From positions 3,782,001 to 3,846,000 of the forward strand of contig NC_000964.3 of assembly GCF_000009045.1 (NCBI RefSeq): a stretch of 64,000 nucleotides of DNA, given 5' to 3'. This DNA is from Bacillus subtilis subsp. subtilis str. 168 (lineage in GTDB: Bacteria > Bacillota > Bacilli > Bacillales > Bacillaceae). The notes beneath the pieces are model-generated. The model worked only from the letters and a program-made list of their open reading frames with translations. It was not told where the DNA came from and made no database searches. Within the stretch, counting starts at the first letter, position 1, and every line of letters starts with the position of its first letter. The translations under genes and the position numbers were made by a program. Shown piece by piece: positions 14,217-28,089 of the stretch.

Positions 14217-15083
14217 TTATTTATTTTTATGAATCAGAGCGCATATGGTTCTGTCTTTTCCATTAATATCTTTCAGCACTTCCACTTCCGCCCCCTTAAA
14301 CGCCTTGAGGATCAGGTCTTTGACCGCCGCTCCCTGTTTCCAGCCGATTTCAAAAACGACAAATACTTTATCCTTCATAACAAGCGGAATGTCTTCCATA
14401 AACCGCTTATAAAATTTCAGCCCGTCTCCGCCATCGGTGAGTGCGTGCAGCGGCTCATGAAAACGGACAATTTCCGATAAATCAGCCATTTCTTCCTCTG
14501 AAATATATGGCGGGTTTGAGACAATGATATCCGCTTTTTTTCCCGCCTTAATAAAAGGCTCAAGCAGATCGCCCTGATAAAAGCGCACATTCGCTCCGAG
14601 TTTTTCTGCATTGGCAGAGGCGACTTGCAGCGCCTCTTTCGAAATATCGACCGCCGACACAGAAAAGCTTTGGTTTTCAAGCGCAAGCGTGACGGCTATT
14701 GCGCCGCTCCCTGTACCAACGTCAACAACTTCGAGCTTGCCGTCTTCAGAAAAAACACTCCGATATTTTTCAAGCAAATGAAAGACAACTTCTTCAGTTT
14801 CCGGCCGCGGGATCAGCACATCATCATTCACCATAAATTCCCGTCCATAAAAAAACTCTTTTCCTATAATGTATTGAACCGGCACGCCCTCTTTATGCAT
14901 CTCAACGTGACGCTTAAAGCGATACAGTTCGTCTTCACCAATCGGTTCCTGTAAGCTTGCGAGCAGCTTGCTTCTCTCCATTCCGGTATCATAAAGCAAT
15001 AGGAGCTCGGCCGCATTTTCTTCTCTTCCCGCTTCGGTTAAATAAGAAGAAGCCCATTTCAGGGCTTCGAATATCGTCTTCAT
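14217..15083 (-). CDS. prmC: Release factor glutamine methyltransferase
   Basis: 288 aa from ATG 15083; [18 protein letters not shown] and SNPPY motifs; follows prfA. Confidence 0.97.
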
Positions 15084-15084
15084 C

Positions 15085-16155
15085 TTAACCTTCCGACTGC
15101 TGAAGCTTGCTTGCCTGATCTTCAACAATCAGCGCTTCAACCACTTCGTCAAGTTTTCCTTCAAGAATCTGATCAAGCTTTTGAATCGTCAAACCGATTC
15201 TGTGATCCGTCACACGGTTTTGCGGGAAGTTGTATGTGCGGATACGTTCAGAGCGGTCACCAGATCCGACTGCTGATTTCCGTGTTTGATCATATTCAGC
15301 CTGGGCTTCCTGCTGAAATTTATCATAGATTCTGGCACGGAGAACCTTCATTGCTTTTTCTTTGTTCTTAATTTGAGATTTTTCATCCTGGCATGATACA
15401 ACAACACCTGTCGGCAAGTGAGTCAGACGAACCGCAGACATTGTTGTGTTAACGCTTTGTCCGCCCGGTCCGCTTGAAGCAAATGTATCGACACGGATAT
15501 CCTTCTCATGGATGTCGACCTCTACCTCTTCTGCCTCAGGAAGACATGCCACTGTTGCAGTGGATGTATGGATGCGTCCGCCTGATTCTGTTTCCGGAAC
15601 ACGCTGTACGCGGTGGGCGCCGTTTTCATATTTGAGTTTAGAATACGCGCCGCTTCCTGTAATCATAAAGATGATCTCTTTGTAGCCGCCCGTTCCGGTT
15701 ACATTCGCTTCCATGACCTCTGTTTTCCAGCCCTGAAGCTCAGCATAACGGGAATACATTCTGTACAGATTGCCCGCGAATAAAGCGGCTTCCTCGCCTC
15801 CCGCAGCCCCGCGGATCTCCATGATAACGTTTTTGTCGTCATTAGGATCTTTCGGGATCAGGAGCACCTTCAGCCGTTCTGACAGTGTTTCCGTTTCCTT
15901 CTGAAGTTCAGAAATCTCTTCCTTCACCATGTCGCGCATCTCAGCATCCAGCTTCTCTTCAAGCATCGCTTTTGCATCAGCCAGCTGTTCTGACGCATCT
16001 CTGTATTGTCTATATACGTCAACTGTTTCTTGTATATCAGATTGCTCTTTTGAATATTCTCTTAGCTTTTTCGGATCGTTGACTACTTCTGGATCGCTCA
16101 AAAGCTCATTTAATTTCTCGTATCGTTCTTCAATTGATTTTAAACGGTCTAACAC
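15085..16155 (-). CDS. prfA: Peptide chain release factor 1
   Basis: GTG 16155 with GAGGTG SD; RF1-type PET motif (RVPETES) and GGQ motif. Confidence 0.98.
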   Translation of the reverse strand: MLDRLKSIEERYEKLNELLSDPEVVNDPKKLREYSKEQSDIQETVDVYRQYRDASEQLADAKAMLEEKLDAEMRDMVKEEISELQKETETLSERLKVLLIPKDPNDDKNVIMEIRGAAGGEEAALFAGNLYRMYSRYAELQGWKTEVMEANVTGTGGYKEIIFMITGSGAYSKLKYENGAHRVQRVPETESGGRIHTSTATVACLPEAEEVEVDIHEKDIRVDTFASSGPGGQSVNTTMSAVRLTHLPTGVVVSCQDEKSQIKNKEKAMKVLRARIYDKFQQEAQAEYDQTRKSAVGSGDRSERIRTYNFPQNRVTDHRIGLTIQKLDQILEGKLDEVVEALIVEDQASKLQQSEG

Positions 16156-16191
16156 GGTCTTCACCTCTGTTTTCCTGTGCGTAACATTCTC

Positions 16192-16220
16192 ATTATAGTA
16201 TAGTGATTAACCCCAGTCAA
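16192..16220 (-). promoter_or_regulatory. SigA promoter of prfA-prmC
   Basis: TTGACT-17 bp-TATAAT. Confidence 0.8.
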
Positions 16221-16280
16221 AAGCATTTCAATCCCAGCTGGAAAAGCTCCCTCTGCTATACTGGAATTCGAGGAGGGATG

Positions 16281-16667
16281 ATGTTGCTGAAATCCATACA
16301 TCATATTGCAATCATATGTTCAGATTACGAAAAGTCGAAAGCTTTCTACGTACATAAGCTTGGTTTTCAGGTGATTCAAGAAACGTACCGCGAAGAGCGC
16401 GGCTCCTATAAGCTTGATTTGTCGCTTAACGGCTCGTATGTCATTGAGCTGTTCTCGTTTCCCGATCCGCCCGAACGACAAACCCGGCCTGAAGCCGCAG
16501 GCCTGCGCCACCTCGCCTTTACAGTCGGCAGCTTGGATAAAGCTGTTCAAGAGCTTCATGAAAAAGGAATCGAAACAGAGCCAATCAGAACAGATCCGCT
16601 GACCGGCAAGCGTTTCACCTTCTTTTTTGATCCTGACCAGCTTCCATTAGAACTGTATGAACAATAA
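16281..16667 (+). CDS. ywkD: VOC/glyoxalase-family protein
   Basis: 128 aa; IHHIAII, IELF, LRHLAF and FFFDPDQLPLELYE metal-binding pattern; GAGGAGG SD. Confidence 0.88.
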   Translation: MLLKSIHHIAIICSDYEKSKAFYVHKLGFQVIQETYREERGSYKLDLSLNGSYVIELFSFPDPPERQTRPEAAGLRHLAFTVGSLDKAVQELHEKGIETEPIRTDPLTGKRFTFFFDPDQLPLELYEQ

Positions 16668-16734
16668 CAGTTTTTGAAGAAAAAAAGGAGATACCCACTT
16701 TCTTTGCCGAATCTTTTCTTGTTTTGTCTAACGG

Positions 16735-16761
16735 GAAGGGAACCGCATTCTATGGTCGAAT
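16735..16761 (+). promoter_or_regulatory. SigH-like promoter of racA
   Basis: GAAGGGAAC-11 bp-GTCGAAT; a second weaker match AGGAG...GAAT at 16686-16712. Confidence 0.55.
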
Positions 16762-16788
16762 ACCTAGCTTAAAAGGAGGTATGGGATC

Positions 16789-17343
16789 ATGAATACAAAT
16801 ATGGTAGCAAGTGAACTCGGCGTCTCCGCAAAGACGGTGCAGCGGTGGGTGAAGCAGCTGAATCTTCCGGCCGAACGCAATGAGCTCGGACACTATTCGT
16901 TCACGGCAGAAGACGTGAAGGTTCTAAAATCCGTTCAAAAACAAATCTCTGAAGGCACGGCGATTCAGGATATTCATCTGCCGAAAAGCGCTAAAAAGCG
17001 CACAGGCTTCCTTGTCCAAAAAACAAGTAGCGACACAGAACGAAGAATCGAGCAGCTTGAACAAAAGCTGGACACCCTTTTACAGCAAAGGCAGGACGAA
17101 AGCGAATTGATGGCAAGGATGTCGGAACTGGAACGCCAGCTGAAACAAAAAGCCGATGAAGGTGTATCTTACCAGCTGCTTCAGCACCGCAGAGAAATCG
17201 ATGATATTCTTGCAGATCTGCAATCACTGACCTCACAAATGAAAGAATTCACCGCTCATTCGATCCCCGAGACTGCTGCTGCTTCTGAAAAAACCAAAAC
17301 AAGAAAAAAACCGCTGCTGTCACTGTTCAAATTTCAAACCTAA
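16789..17343 (+). CDS. racA: Chromosome-anchoring protein RacA
   Basis: 184 aa; MerR-like HTH N-terminus ([20 protein letters not shown]) and coiled coil with [10 protein letters not shown]. Confidence 0.95.
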
Positions 17344-17346
17344 AGC

Positions 17347-17375
17347 AAAAAGCTCCCTTAAAGGGAGCTTTTTTT
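17347..17375. terminator. Bidirectional terminator between racA and ywkB
   Basis: AAAAAGCTCCCT-TAA-AGGGAGCTTTTT. Confidence 0.85.
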
Positions 17376-17376
17376 G

Positions 17377-18336
17377 TTACGCAGTAAGCGCGATAATGAT
17401 TGGAAGTGAAATCAATGACAGAATCGCACTGACCACAAACGCAGTTGCAGTTTCTTCTTCTTGTTTCTCGAAACGAGTCGCAATCATGGCTGCAACGGCA
17501 GAACCAGGGAATGCAACAAGAAGGATTGCTTTTGTTGTTTGGTCAGCTGGAAGTCCGATAGCAAGAGCAATCAGGAACATTAACGCAGGCTGAACCGCAA
17601 CTTTTAGTAACGCAATACCGATAGCCGGCATACTGAGTTTAATTTTACGAATACCAACGGTAACACCAACAGCGAAGAGAGCAACACCAGATGTTGTGCT
17701 TCCAAGCTGATCAAGCATTTTAACACCCAGCTCAGGAAGAGTGAAATTGAAAACCAGCACCAAGATCATACTGATTAACGGAGCAGCTGCAAGCGGCTCA
17801 CAAAGACCATGCAGGATTGATTTTCCTGTCATCTTCCAGAAGCTGTCGCCACTCTCTTCGTTTTTCTTAGAAGACTCACCAACAGTAGCGATAATGATCG
17901 CGAGCGGATCAAGAATCGCGTTAACCACGATACCTGTGACCGCGATCGGAATCGCAACTTCATTCGCTCCGAATAAGCTTCCCAATACCGGGATACCCAT
18001 AAATGCGAATGTCGGCTGTGCAGAGTTCAAAGAAAATACAGATGAGTTCGTTAAATCATACTTGAATATAAATCTGCAAACCAAAAGAATGATGATATAG
18101 AAACCAACAATCCCAATAATTAAAGAAATCATTAAAGGTACTTGTGATAAAAATTCACTTCTGGAAGTTGTCAAAATACCAGCGATAAAGTGAGCTGGAA
18201 GTGCGTATTTCGTTACTAACGTACTTACCCCTTTTGCCGACTTGGCATCATAACTTCCAAAATGTCCTGCAAACCAACCCAGCACGATAACAAAGAAGAT
18301 CGGCGCCAGGAGGATTAAGATATCTAAGATGCTCAA
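17377..18336 (-). CDS. ywkB: AEC-family transporter (putative malate-related)
   Basis: 319 aa from TTG 18336 (GGAGGAG SD); about 10 TM segments, FAFMGIP motif; follows maeA. Confidence 0.85.
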
Positions 18337-18417
18337 AATATTCTCCTCCAAATCCTATGTCCGTATACTTTAGCTTTACAAAAAGCTTTCCCTCGGACAG
18401 AAAAATTTACTCGCTAA

Positions 18418-20169
<1,752 letters not shown>

Positions 20170-20290
20170 AAATATGACCGATCATGATCTTTATGCGACT
20201 TTGTGACAATTATTCGAACAATGTCTCAAAACTATTTACATTACGTAAGCTATTGTATGCCTGTCAAAATCAAAATTCAAGAGAAGAAAA

Positions 20291-20329
20291 TTACTTAATT
20301 TTTTAATATACTTATTTAAATTTTTTAAT
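20291..20329. repeat. AT-rich tandem repeat upstream of the maeA promoter (candidate MalR site)
   Basis: AATTTTTTAAT at 20297-20307 and 20319-20329 (22-bp period), just upstream of TTGACA at 20262-20267 (minus strand). Confidence 0.4.
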
Positions 20330-20404
20330 TGAATATTATCAGAATATAAAAAAAACACCGGTGTTTTTAGCCGGTGCATTCTATCTTTATACCCATGTTT
20401 TGGA

Positions 20405-20992
20405 CTATTTTTTAGATTTACCTGGGACTTCGTGATGATGTCTGCATCTTGCTTCATATGATTCAGCTGCACCAACCAAAATGACCGGATCATCGTAAGA
20501 AGCAGGTTTGCCGTCAATGAGGCGCTGTGTTCTGCTCGCCGGTGATCCGCAAACAGAACAGACGGCTTGCAGCTTTGTCACACTTTCCGCAATCGCCATG
20601 ATATTCGGGACGACACCGAACGGCTCTCCCCTAAAATCCATATCAAGGCCTGCTGCTATCACACGGTAGCCTTTATCGGCAAGAGATGATAAAACCTCAA
20701 CAATTTCCTGATCAAAAAACTGCACTTCATCAACCGCAACCACATCTGTACTTTCACTGATGTGATCCCAAATGTCCGCAGCAGACGAAATGGCATAGCT
20801 CGTCATCGATGTTCCATTATGGGAGACAACAGCAGCTTCGCTGTATCGGTTATCAATTACAGGCTTAAATACCCTGACTTCCTGCTTGGCATAAGTTGCT
20901 CTCTTCACTCTTCTGATCAGCTCTTCAGATTTCCCCGAGAACATGCTGCCGCAAATCAGCTCAAGCCACCCGCTTTGTTTCATTATGTACAT
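20405..20992 (-). CDS. tdk: Thymidine kinase
   Basis: 195 aa; [13 protein letters not shown], and Zn site CSVC...CRHH. Confidence 0.97.
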
Positions 20993-21036
20993 AGGCTTCG
21001 CTCCCCTCTCTCTGCCAGCTGTGTTTTAGACAATAT

Positions 21037-21067
21037 AAAAAACAGGCAAGACTGCTGCTTGCCTGTT
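21037..21067 (-). terminator. Intrinsic terminator after rpmE
   Basis: AACAGGCAAG-7 nt-CTTGCCTGTT followed by TTTT. Confidence 0.75.
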
Positions 21068-21080
21068 GAGAAATCTATTA

Positions 21081-21392
<312 letters not shown>

Positions 21393-21399
21393 ATACAAT

Positions 21400-22683
21400 T
21401 TACCTTCTTGCAGATGATAGATTTGCCTGTTTCCATTCTTGATTGAGAATATCGAAAAATTCCTGGTTTGTTTTGGTTTTTTTCATTTTTCTCATGAACT
21501 TTTCTGCGAAATCAGGTGAATCAGACATCGTTTTGCGGATAGACCATAAACGATCAAGATGCTCTTTAGGCACAAGCAGCTCTTCTTTGCGCGTTCCTGA
21601 ACGGCGGATATCGATGGCAGGGAAGATGCGGCGCTCGGCAAGAGAGCGGTCAAGATGGAGCTCCATGTTGCCTGTTCCCTTGAATTCTTCATAAATGACA
21701 TCATCCATACGTGAACCTGTATCGACCAGAGCCGTAGCAAGGATGGTTAAGCTGCCGCCCTCTTCGATATTTCTCGCAGCCCCAAAGAAGCGTTTCGGAC
21801 GGTGGAACGCCGCTGGGTCAATCCCCCCGGAAAGCGTTCTTCCACTTGGCGGAATCACTAAGTTGTAGGCGCGGGCAAGACGTGTGATGCTGTCCATCAG
21901 GATAATGACGTCTTTTTTGTGTTCCACGAGACGCATCGCACGTTCAAGCACAAGCTCGGCCACTTTGATATGGTTTTCCGGCACTTCATCAAACGTTGAG
22001 CTGACGACATCCCCAGCTACAGAGCGCTCGATATCGGTTACTTCCTCAGGTCTTTCGTCAATTAAAAGCACGATCAGCTCTGCTTCAGGCTGGTTCGCTG
22101 TAATGCTGTTGGCAATTTCCTTCAGCAACATCGTTTTTCCGGCTTTCGGCGGCGCAACAATCAATCCGCGCTGCCCAAATCCAACCGGCGCCATCATGTC
22201 CATAATTCTTGTAGACAAGAAGTTCGGCTTTGTTTCAAGCACCATTTGACGATCCGGATAAAGTGGCGTAAGAGCCGGGAAATGCACACGCTCTTTTGCA
22301 GATTCGGGATCATCCCCATTTACTGCTTCAACGTGCAAAAGTCCATAGTAACGCTCATTTTCTTTTGGCGGGCGAACCTTGCCAGATACTTTGTCTCCGT
22401 TCCGCAAATCGAAACGGCGGATTTGTGAAGCTGAGATGTAAATGTCTTCTGAGCTTGGAGAGTAGTTGATCGGTCTCAGGAATCCGAAACCTTCAGACTG
22501 GATGATCTCGAGAACGCCTTCCATAAACAGCAGATCTTCCTGTTCTGCATTCGCTTTCAGAATGGCGAAAATGAGTTCTTTTTTTGTCAGTTTGCTGTAA
22601 TAGGAGATTTTATAATGTCTTGCAAGTTCATAAAGCTCTTTCAATTTCATATTTTCCAAAGAGGAAATAGATACGTCTTTCAT
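21400..22683 (-). CDS. rho: Transcription termination factor Rho
   Basis: 427 aa; [26 protein letters not shown] and [11 protein letters not shown] motifs. Confidence 0.99.
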   Translation of the reverse strand: MKDVSISSLENMKLKELYELARHYKISYYSKLTKKELIFAILKANAEQEDLLFMEGVLEIIQSEGFGFLRPINYSPSSEDIYISASQIRRFDLRNGDKVSGKVRPPKENERYYGLLHVEAVNGDDPESAKERVHFPALTPLYPDRQMVLETKPNFLSTRIMDMMAPVGFGQRGLIVAPPKAGKTMLLKEIANSITANQPEAELIVLLIDERPEEVTDIERSVAGDVVSSTFDEVPENHIKVAELVLERAMRLVEHKKDVIILMDSITRLARAYNLVIPPSGRTLSGGIDPAAFHRPKRFFGAARNIEEGGSLTILATALVDTGSRMDDVIYEEFKGTGNMELHLDRSLAERRIFPAIDIRRSGTRKEELLVPKEHLDRLWSIRKTMSDSPDFAEKFMRKMKKTKTNQEFFDILNQEWKQANLSSARR

Positions 22684-23003
22684 AAAAACACCACGCTTTT
22701 CATAGTCAATATCTTACTCTGAACATGTCATCTGCTGCTTTTGCACAACATCCGCCAAAGCACATTCTTTTTTTAACATAAAGGAACTTCTATCGGTAAC
22801 ACTTCCACCCATGATCGGCGCTTTTGTTAAAAGGATTGTCTTAATGAGTTTTGAAGGAAGCGAGGACAAAAACATGAGAAGATCAATACTTATATCGTCT
22901 GTATGCGGTAGAAATTGAAACTTTCCTAGTGCTTAAAAGAAGGTATTACGCAGTAAAATTCGCAGCACTCTTTATTTTTACCTTATTTCAAAAAATTATT
23001 CAA
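22684..23003 (-). promoter_or_regulatory. rho promoter and about 285-nt 5' leader
   Basis: TTGAAT-17 bp-TAAAAA at 23003-22975; long leader with C/U-rich tracts, consistent with Rho autoregulation. Confidence 0.55.
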
Positions 23004-23051
23004 CTGAAATAAGGTTTTGACACGGAATTGATAGAGTTGACGCTTTTCTGC

Positions 23052-23082
23052 AAAAGTTAAAGCGGGCTCACACCCGCTTTTT
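23052..23082 (-). terminator. Terminator-like hairpin after glpX
   Basis: AAAGCGGG-TGTGAG-CCCGCTTT followed by AACTTTT. Confidence 0.6.
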
Positions 23083-23089
23083 CTGTTTG

Positions 23090-24055
23090 TTATGGACGGA
23101 TTACAAGATTTGGTTTCTTTTTCAAGCTGTGTCTGCCGTCAACGAAACGAACAGTGCCCGATTTTGCACGGATAACTAAGCTTTCAGTTGTACCGACAGA
23201 GCCTTTGAATTGAACTCCTTTTAACAGCTCGCCGTCAGTAACCCCTGTAGCTGCAAAAATCGCGTCATCACCCTTCACAAGGTCTTCCATGCGAAGCACT
23301 TTGCTTAAATCAAGGCCCATTTTGTGACAGCGAGTGATTTCTTCTTCGCTTTGCGGAAGAAGTTTACCAATGATTTCTCCGCCGAGTGCTTTTAGCGCAA
23401 CAGCGGAAAGCACACCCTCAGGAGCGCCGCCTGATCCGAACAGGATATCAACGCCCGTGTGGTCGAAAGCCGTGTTGATGGCGCCTGCGACATCGCCGTC
23501 ATTGATCAATTTGATTCTGGCGCCGGCCTCACGAAGCTCGGAAATGATTTTTGCGTGTCTTTCACGGTTTAAAATTGTGGCAACGACGTCCTCAACGTCC
23601 TTGTTTTTCGCTTTTGCCACCGCTTTAAGGTTGTCAATGACAGGTGCTTCGATGTCAATGCAGCCCACCGCTTCCGGACCGACTGCGATTTTTTGCATAT
23701 ACATGTCAGGAGCATTCAGAAGCGTGCCATGGTCTGCGACCGCGATAACCGTCAGCGCGTTCCAGCCGCCGCTTGCTAAGATGTTTGTGCCTTCAAGAGG
23801 GTCAACTGCGACATCAACGCGAGGGCCGTACCCGTTTCCGAGTTTTTCCCCGATATACAGCATTGGCGCTTCGTCCATTTCCCCTTCACCGATTACAACG
23901 GTCCCTTTCATCGGCACTGTATCAAAAACGTCTCTCATTGCACTTGTTGCCGCTTCATCAGCCTCATCTTTTTTTCCCCGGCCCATCCATCTTGCTGATG
24001 CCAATGCCGCAGCTTCTGTCACACGTACCAATTCCATTGATAAACTTCTTTCCAT
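23090..24055 (-). CDS. glpX: Class II fructose-1,6-bisphosphatase
   Basis: 321 aa from ATG 24055; [21 protein letters not shown] and DGDVAG motifs. Confidence 0.97.
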
Positions 24056-24085
24056 TTCAACACGATCTCCTCTCACAAGAAACCA

Positions 24086-25375
24086 TTATGAATTTTGAAG
24101 CTGTTCTATTTCTTCGTCAGTCATTCTTTCACGCCAAATTGTCGCTCCAAGCCCCTCAAGCTTCTTCTCAAGGCTGCTGTATCCTCGGTCAATATGCTCC
24201 AGTCCCGTAATTTCCGTGACGCCATCAGCCATCAGTCCGGCTACCACCAAGCAGGCTCCGGCACGCAGATCACTCGCCTTCACTTTTGCGCCTTGAAGCT
24301 CGACAGGACCTGTGATGATGGCAGATCTGCCTTCTACTTTCATATTGGCACCCATTCGTCTCAGCTCATCAATGTGCTTGAATCTTGCCGAGTAGATGGT
24401 GTCTGTGACGACACTCGTCCCTTTCGCCCTTGTCAGGAGCGCCGTCATCGGCTGCTGTAAATCAGTCGGAAACCCCGGGTATACGAGGGTTTTGACGTCA
24501 ACCGGCTTTAAGTTCTTCTGCCCGCCGACAATGAGGAGCTGGTCGTCGCTTGTTTCGATATGATAGCCCATTTCTCTCAGCTTTGCCGTTAACGACTCAA
24601 GATGAGTAGGGATGACGTTATCGATAATGACTTCCTTGCCCATTGCAGCCCCTGCAATCATAAATGTCCCGGCTTCAATTCTGTCCGGAATGATCGTATG
24701 CTTGCAGCCGTGCAGTTCCTTCACGCCGTCGATTCGAATCACATTGGTGCCCGCACCTTTGATTTTGGCGCCCATGCTGGTAAGCAATGTCGCGACGTCA
24801 ATGATCTCAGGCTCCTTGGCAGCGTTTTCGATGATCGTTTTCCCTTCTGCCAAAACAGCGGCGAGCATAATGTTAATCGTTGCCCCAACGCTTACGACAT
24901 CTAAATAAATCCGTGCGCCTCTCAGCCTTTCAGCTCGCAAATAAATGGCGCCTTGTTCATTGGTTACTTCAGCTCCGAGTGCTTCAAAGCCTTTGATATG
25001 CTGATCAATCGGACGGGGCCCTAAGTGACAGCCGCCAGGCAATCCAATGACCGCCTGCTTGAAGCGGCCGAGCATCGCCCCCATTAAATAATATGACGCG
25101 CGAAGCTTTTTTACTTTCCCGTTAGGAAGCGGCATGCTGATCATCGACGTAGGGTCAACAACCATTTCCCCATTCTCAAAATGCACGTTGCCGCCGATTT
25201 CCTTTAACAGGTCACGCAGCGTTTCAATATCTGAAATCTCTGGAAGCCCTTCAATTGTCACCTCGGAATTTGCCAAAATGGTTGCAGGTATTAACGCAAC
25301 AGCGCTGTTTTTAGCGCCGCTGATATGTACTGTACCGTTTAACGAGTCACCGCCGGCAATATTCAACTTTTCCAT
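24086..25375 (-). CDS. murAB: UDP-N-acetylglucosamine 1-carboxyvinyltransferase (second MurA)
   Basis: 429 aa; [25 protein letters not shown] (active-site Cys), YPGFPTDLQ. Confidence 0.96.
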   Translation of the reverse strand: MEKLNIAGGDSLNGTVHISGAKNSAVALIPATILANSEVTIEGLPEISDIETLRDLLKEIGGNVHFENGEMVVDPTSMISMPLPNGKVKKLRASYYLMGAMLGRFKQAVIGLPGGCHLGPRPIDQHIKGFEALGAEVTNEQGAIYLRAERLRGARIYLDVVSVGATINIMLAAVLAEGKTIIENAAKEPEIIDVATLLTSMGAKIKGAGTNVIRIDGVKELHGCKHTIIPDRIEAGTFMIAGAAMGKEVIIDNVIPTHLESLTAKLREMGYHIETSDDQLLIVGGQKNLKPVDVKTLVYPGFPTDLQQPMTALLTRAKGTSVVTDTIYSARFKHIDELRRMGANMKVEGRSAIITGPVELQGAKVKASDLRAGACLVVAGLMADGVTEITGLEHIDRGYSSLEKKLEGLGATIWRERMTDEEIEQLQNS

Positions 25376-25715
25376 GATAGTCTCCTTCCATAAGAAGATA
25401 GCTGCGGAGCTAAATAAAATGTCATTTTATTCTGTCTCTGCAAATAAAGCTCATGTCCAAAATCTAGCCAATTCGAAGAGAAAGAATACAACACATTGTA
25501 AAATATCAGGAAGAAAATAGCGAAGCTTTGGGGGGTACAGGTTTCAAAAGATGCACAGAGACCCGCCGGCTCGAGAGACATCGTCGTCATCCGGCAAAAG
25601 CAGTACGCATACCCTTCATTCCGATATCAGCTTCTGCAGCCCAATGATTCCTTCTCTGTAAAGCGGCGTCAGCATCTGAAGATCCGCTGTATCAGGTCGG
25701 TGAAATACAAAGGCC

Positions 25716-25745
25716 GCGGCAAACAGGCATAAAGCTGTTTGCCGC
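25716..25745 (-). terminator. GC-rich hairpin after tal
   Basis: 11-bp stem GCGGCAAACAG/CTGTTTGCCGC with a weak U tract. Confidence 0.5.
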
Positions 25746-25753
25746 CCCTTTCA

Positions 25754-26449
<696 letters not shown>

Positions 26450-26463
26450 CTAAAGATAGACGG

Positions 26464-26492
26464 AAAACCGCCTGTCAAGCTGTCAGGCGGCT
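26464..26492 (-). terminator. Terminator-like hairpin between fbaA and tal
   Basis: CCGCCTG/CAGGCGG stem followed by TTTT on the minus strand. Confidence 0.55.
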
Positions 26493-26511
26493 ATAAAAAG
26501 TTCCAATTGAA

Positions 26512-27369
26512 TTAAGCTTGGTTTGAAGAACCAAATTCACGCATTTTACCGATAACTGTTTCTTTGATCGCTTCACGAGCTGGTCCAAGGTATTTACGTG
26601 GATCGTACTCGTCAGGCTTAGCTGCCAATGTTTCGCGAACAGCTTTTGCAGAAGAAATTTGGTTTTCAGTATTCACGTTGATTTTAGCTGTACCAAGTGA
26701 AATTGATTTTTTGATGTCAGCAGTCGGAATTCCAGTACCGCCGTGAAGAACTAGCGGAAGGCCAGTTGATTTTCCGATCTCTTCCATTTCTTTGAAGCCA
26801 AGGTTTGGCTCACCTTTGTAAGGGCCGTGAACAGAACCTAATGCAGGTGCAAGGCAGTCGATGCCAGTGCGCTCAACAAGCTCTTGGCACTCTTTAGGAT
26901 CAGCGTAGATTACGCCTTCAGCGATAACGTCATCTTCTTGTCCGCCTACTGTTCCAAGCTCAGCTTCTACAGATACTCCGTGGAAATGAGCAAGCTCAAC
27001 AACTTTAGCAGTTGTTGCTACGTTTTCTTCAAATGGATGGTGAGAAGCGTCGATCATTACAGATGTGAAACCTGCATGAATCGCTTTCGCACAAGATTCA
27101 AAGCTTGAACCGTGGTCTAAGTGAATCGCAACAGGAACTGTCACTTTGTACTCTTCCATAAGTGCTTTTACCATAGCAACGACTGTTTTGAAGCCGCCCA
27201 TGTAGCGTCCCGCACCTTCGGAAACACCAAGGATCACTGGAGATTTTTCTTCTTCAGCTGCTTGTAAAATCGCTTGAGTAAACTCAAGGTTGTTTAAGTT
27301 AAATTGTCCTACAGCGTACCCTTTTTCTTTAGCTGTATTCAACATTTCCGTCATAGAAACTAAAGGCAT
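26512..27369 (-). CDS. fbaA: Class II fructose-bisphosphate aldolase
   Basis: 285 aa from ATG 27369; HLDHG, SVEAELG, GSVHG and LVLHGG motifs. Confidence 0.98.
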   Translation of the reverse strand: MPLVSMTEMLNTAKEKGYAVGQFNLNNLEFTQAILQAAEEEKSPVILGVSEGAGRYMGGFKTVVAMVKALMEEYKVTVPVAIHLDHGSSFESCAKAIHAGFTSVMIDASHHPFEENVATTAKVVELAHFHGVSVEAELGTVGGQEDDVIAEGVIYADPKECQELVERTGIDCLAPALGSVHGPYKGEPNLGFKEMEEIGKSTGLPLVLHGGTGIPTADIKKSISLGTAKINVNTENQISSAKAVRETLAAKPDEYDPRKYLGPAREAIKETVIGKMREFGSSNQA

Positions 27370-27486
27370 GTCGAATGTCCTCCTTATGTAGCCTGATTGT
27401 CTTCTAGCGAAAAAAGCTTTCCACCCTAGCATGACCCATATATTGCTGTCATATGTAAATACTCAGATCGCTTTTTCTCCATAACT

Positions 27487-27515
27487 AGGATACCAACTTT
27501 TCGACAAATCGGCAA
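27487..27515 (-). promoter_or_regulatory. SigA promoter of fbaA containing a perfect Spo0A box
   Basis: TTGCCG-17 bp-TATCCT with TGn; TGTCGAA at 27500-27506 lies inside the spacer. Confidence 0.6.
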
Positions 27516-27549
27516 CATAATGACATGATTCATTTGTTTCTTCTTTTTG

Positions 27550-27924
27550 TCAGTTAGACTTCAGGGGCAGATATTTTTTGACGGCGTCTCTGATTTCGTC
27601 GATGTCAAACGGCTTGGCAAAGTGCGTCAGAGCGCCCAATTCCTTCGATTCCTGGATCATGTCGAGCTCTCCGTATGCCGTCATGATAATGACCCGGATG
27701 TTTTCGTCAATGACCTTCATCCGTTTTAAGATTTCGATTCCGTCCATGCCGGGAATTTTCATGTCCAACAGCACAAGGTCGGGCCGTTCTTTTGTCACAA
27801 TGTCAAGCGCCTGCAGGCCGTTCGCAGCCTGAAACGTCTGGTAGCCTTCTTTATTGAACACTTCATTTAGCAAAATACGAATGCCGTATTGATCATCAAC
27901 GATTAAAATTTTTTCATTCATCAT
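27550..27924 (-). CDS. spo0F: Sporulation phosphorelay response regulator Spo0F
   Basis: 124 aa stand-alone receiver; [21 protein letters not shown] and AKPF motifs. Confidence 0.98.
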   Translation of the reverse strand: MMNEKILIVDDQYGIRILLNEVFNKEGYQTFQAANGLQALDIVTKERPDLVLLDMKIPGMDGIEILKRMKVIDENIRVIIMTAYGELDMIQESKELGALTHFAKPFDIDEIRDAVKKYLPLKSN

Positions 27925-27946
27925 TTTACACCCCAATATTATGATT

Positions 27947-28001
27947 TTCGTCAAAAGTAAGCAGTATTGTATGTATTCTGTTTGATTTTCCTATTTCCTT
28001 T
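27947..28001 (-). promoter_or_regulatory. SigH promoter and Spo0A box of spo0F
   Basis: AAAGGAAAT...AGAAT at 28001-27975; TGACGAA at 27953-27947. Confidence 0.7.
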
Positions 28002-28089
28002 AATTATAATAGTCTACTTTACGACATTTTCTGAGCATTTTCTCTTTTGTTGTATACTGATATTGTACGTTATAAAGGAGGATTCACTT

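Noticed and set aside
23334-24098. 254-aa plus-strand ORF
   Set aside because: Lies antisense to glpX, has no SD, and its Ser/Pro/Thr-rich composition is typical of a shadow frame.
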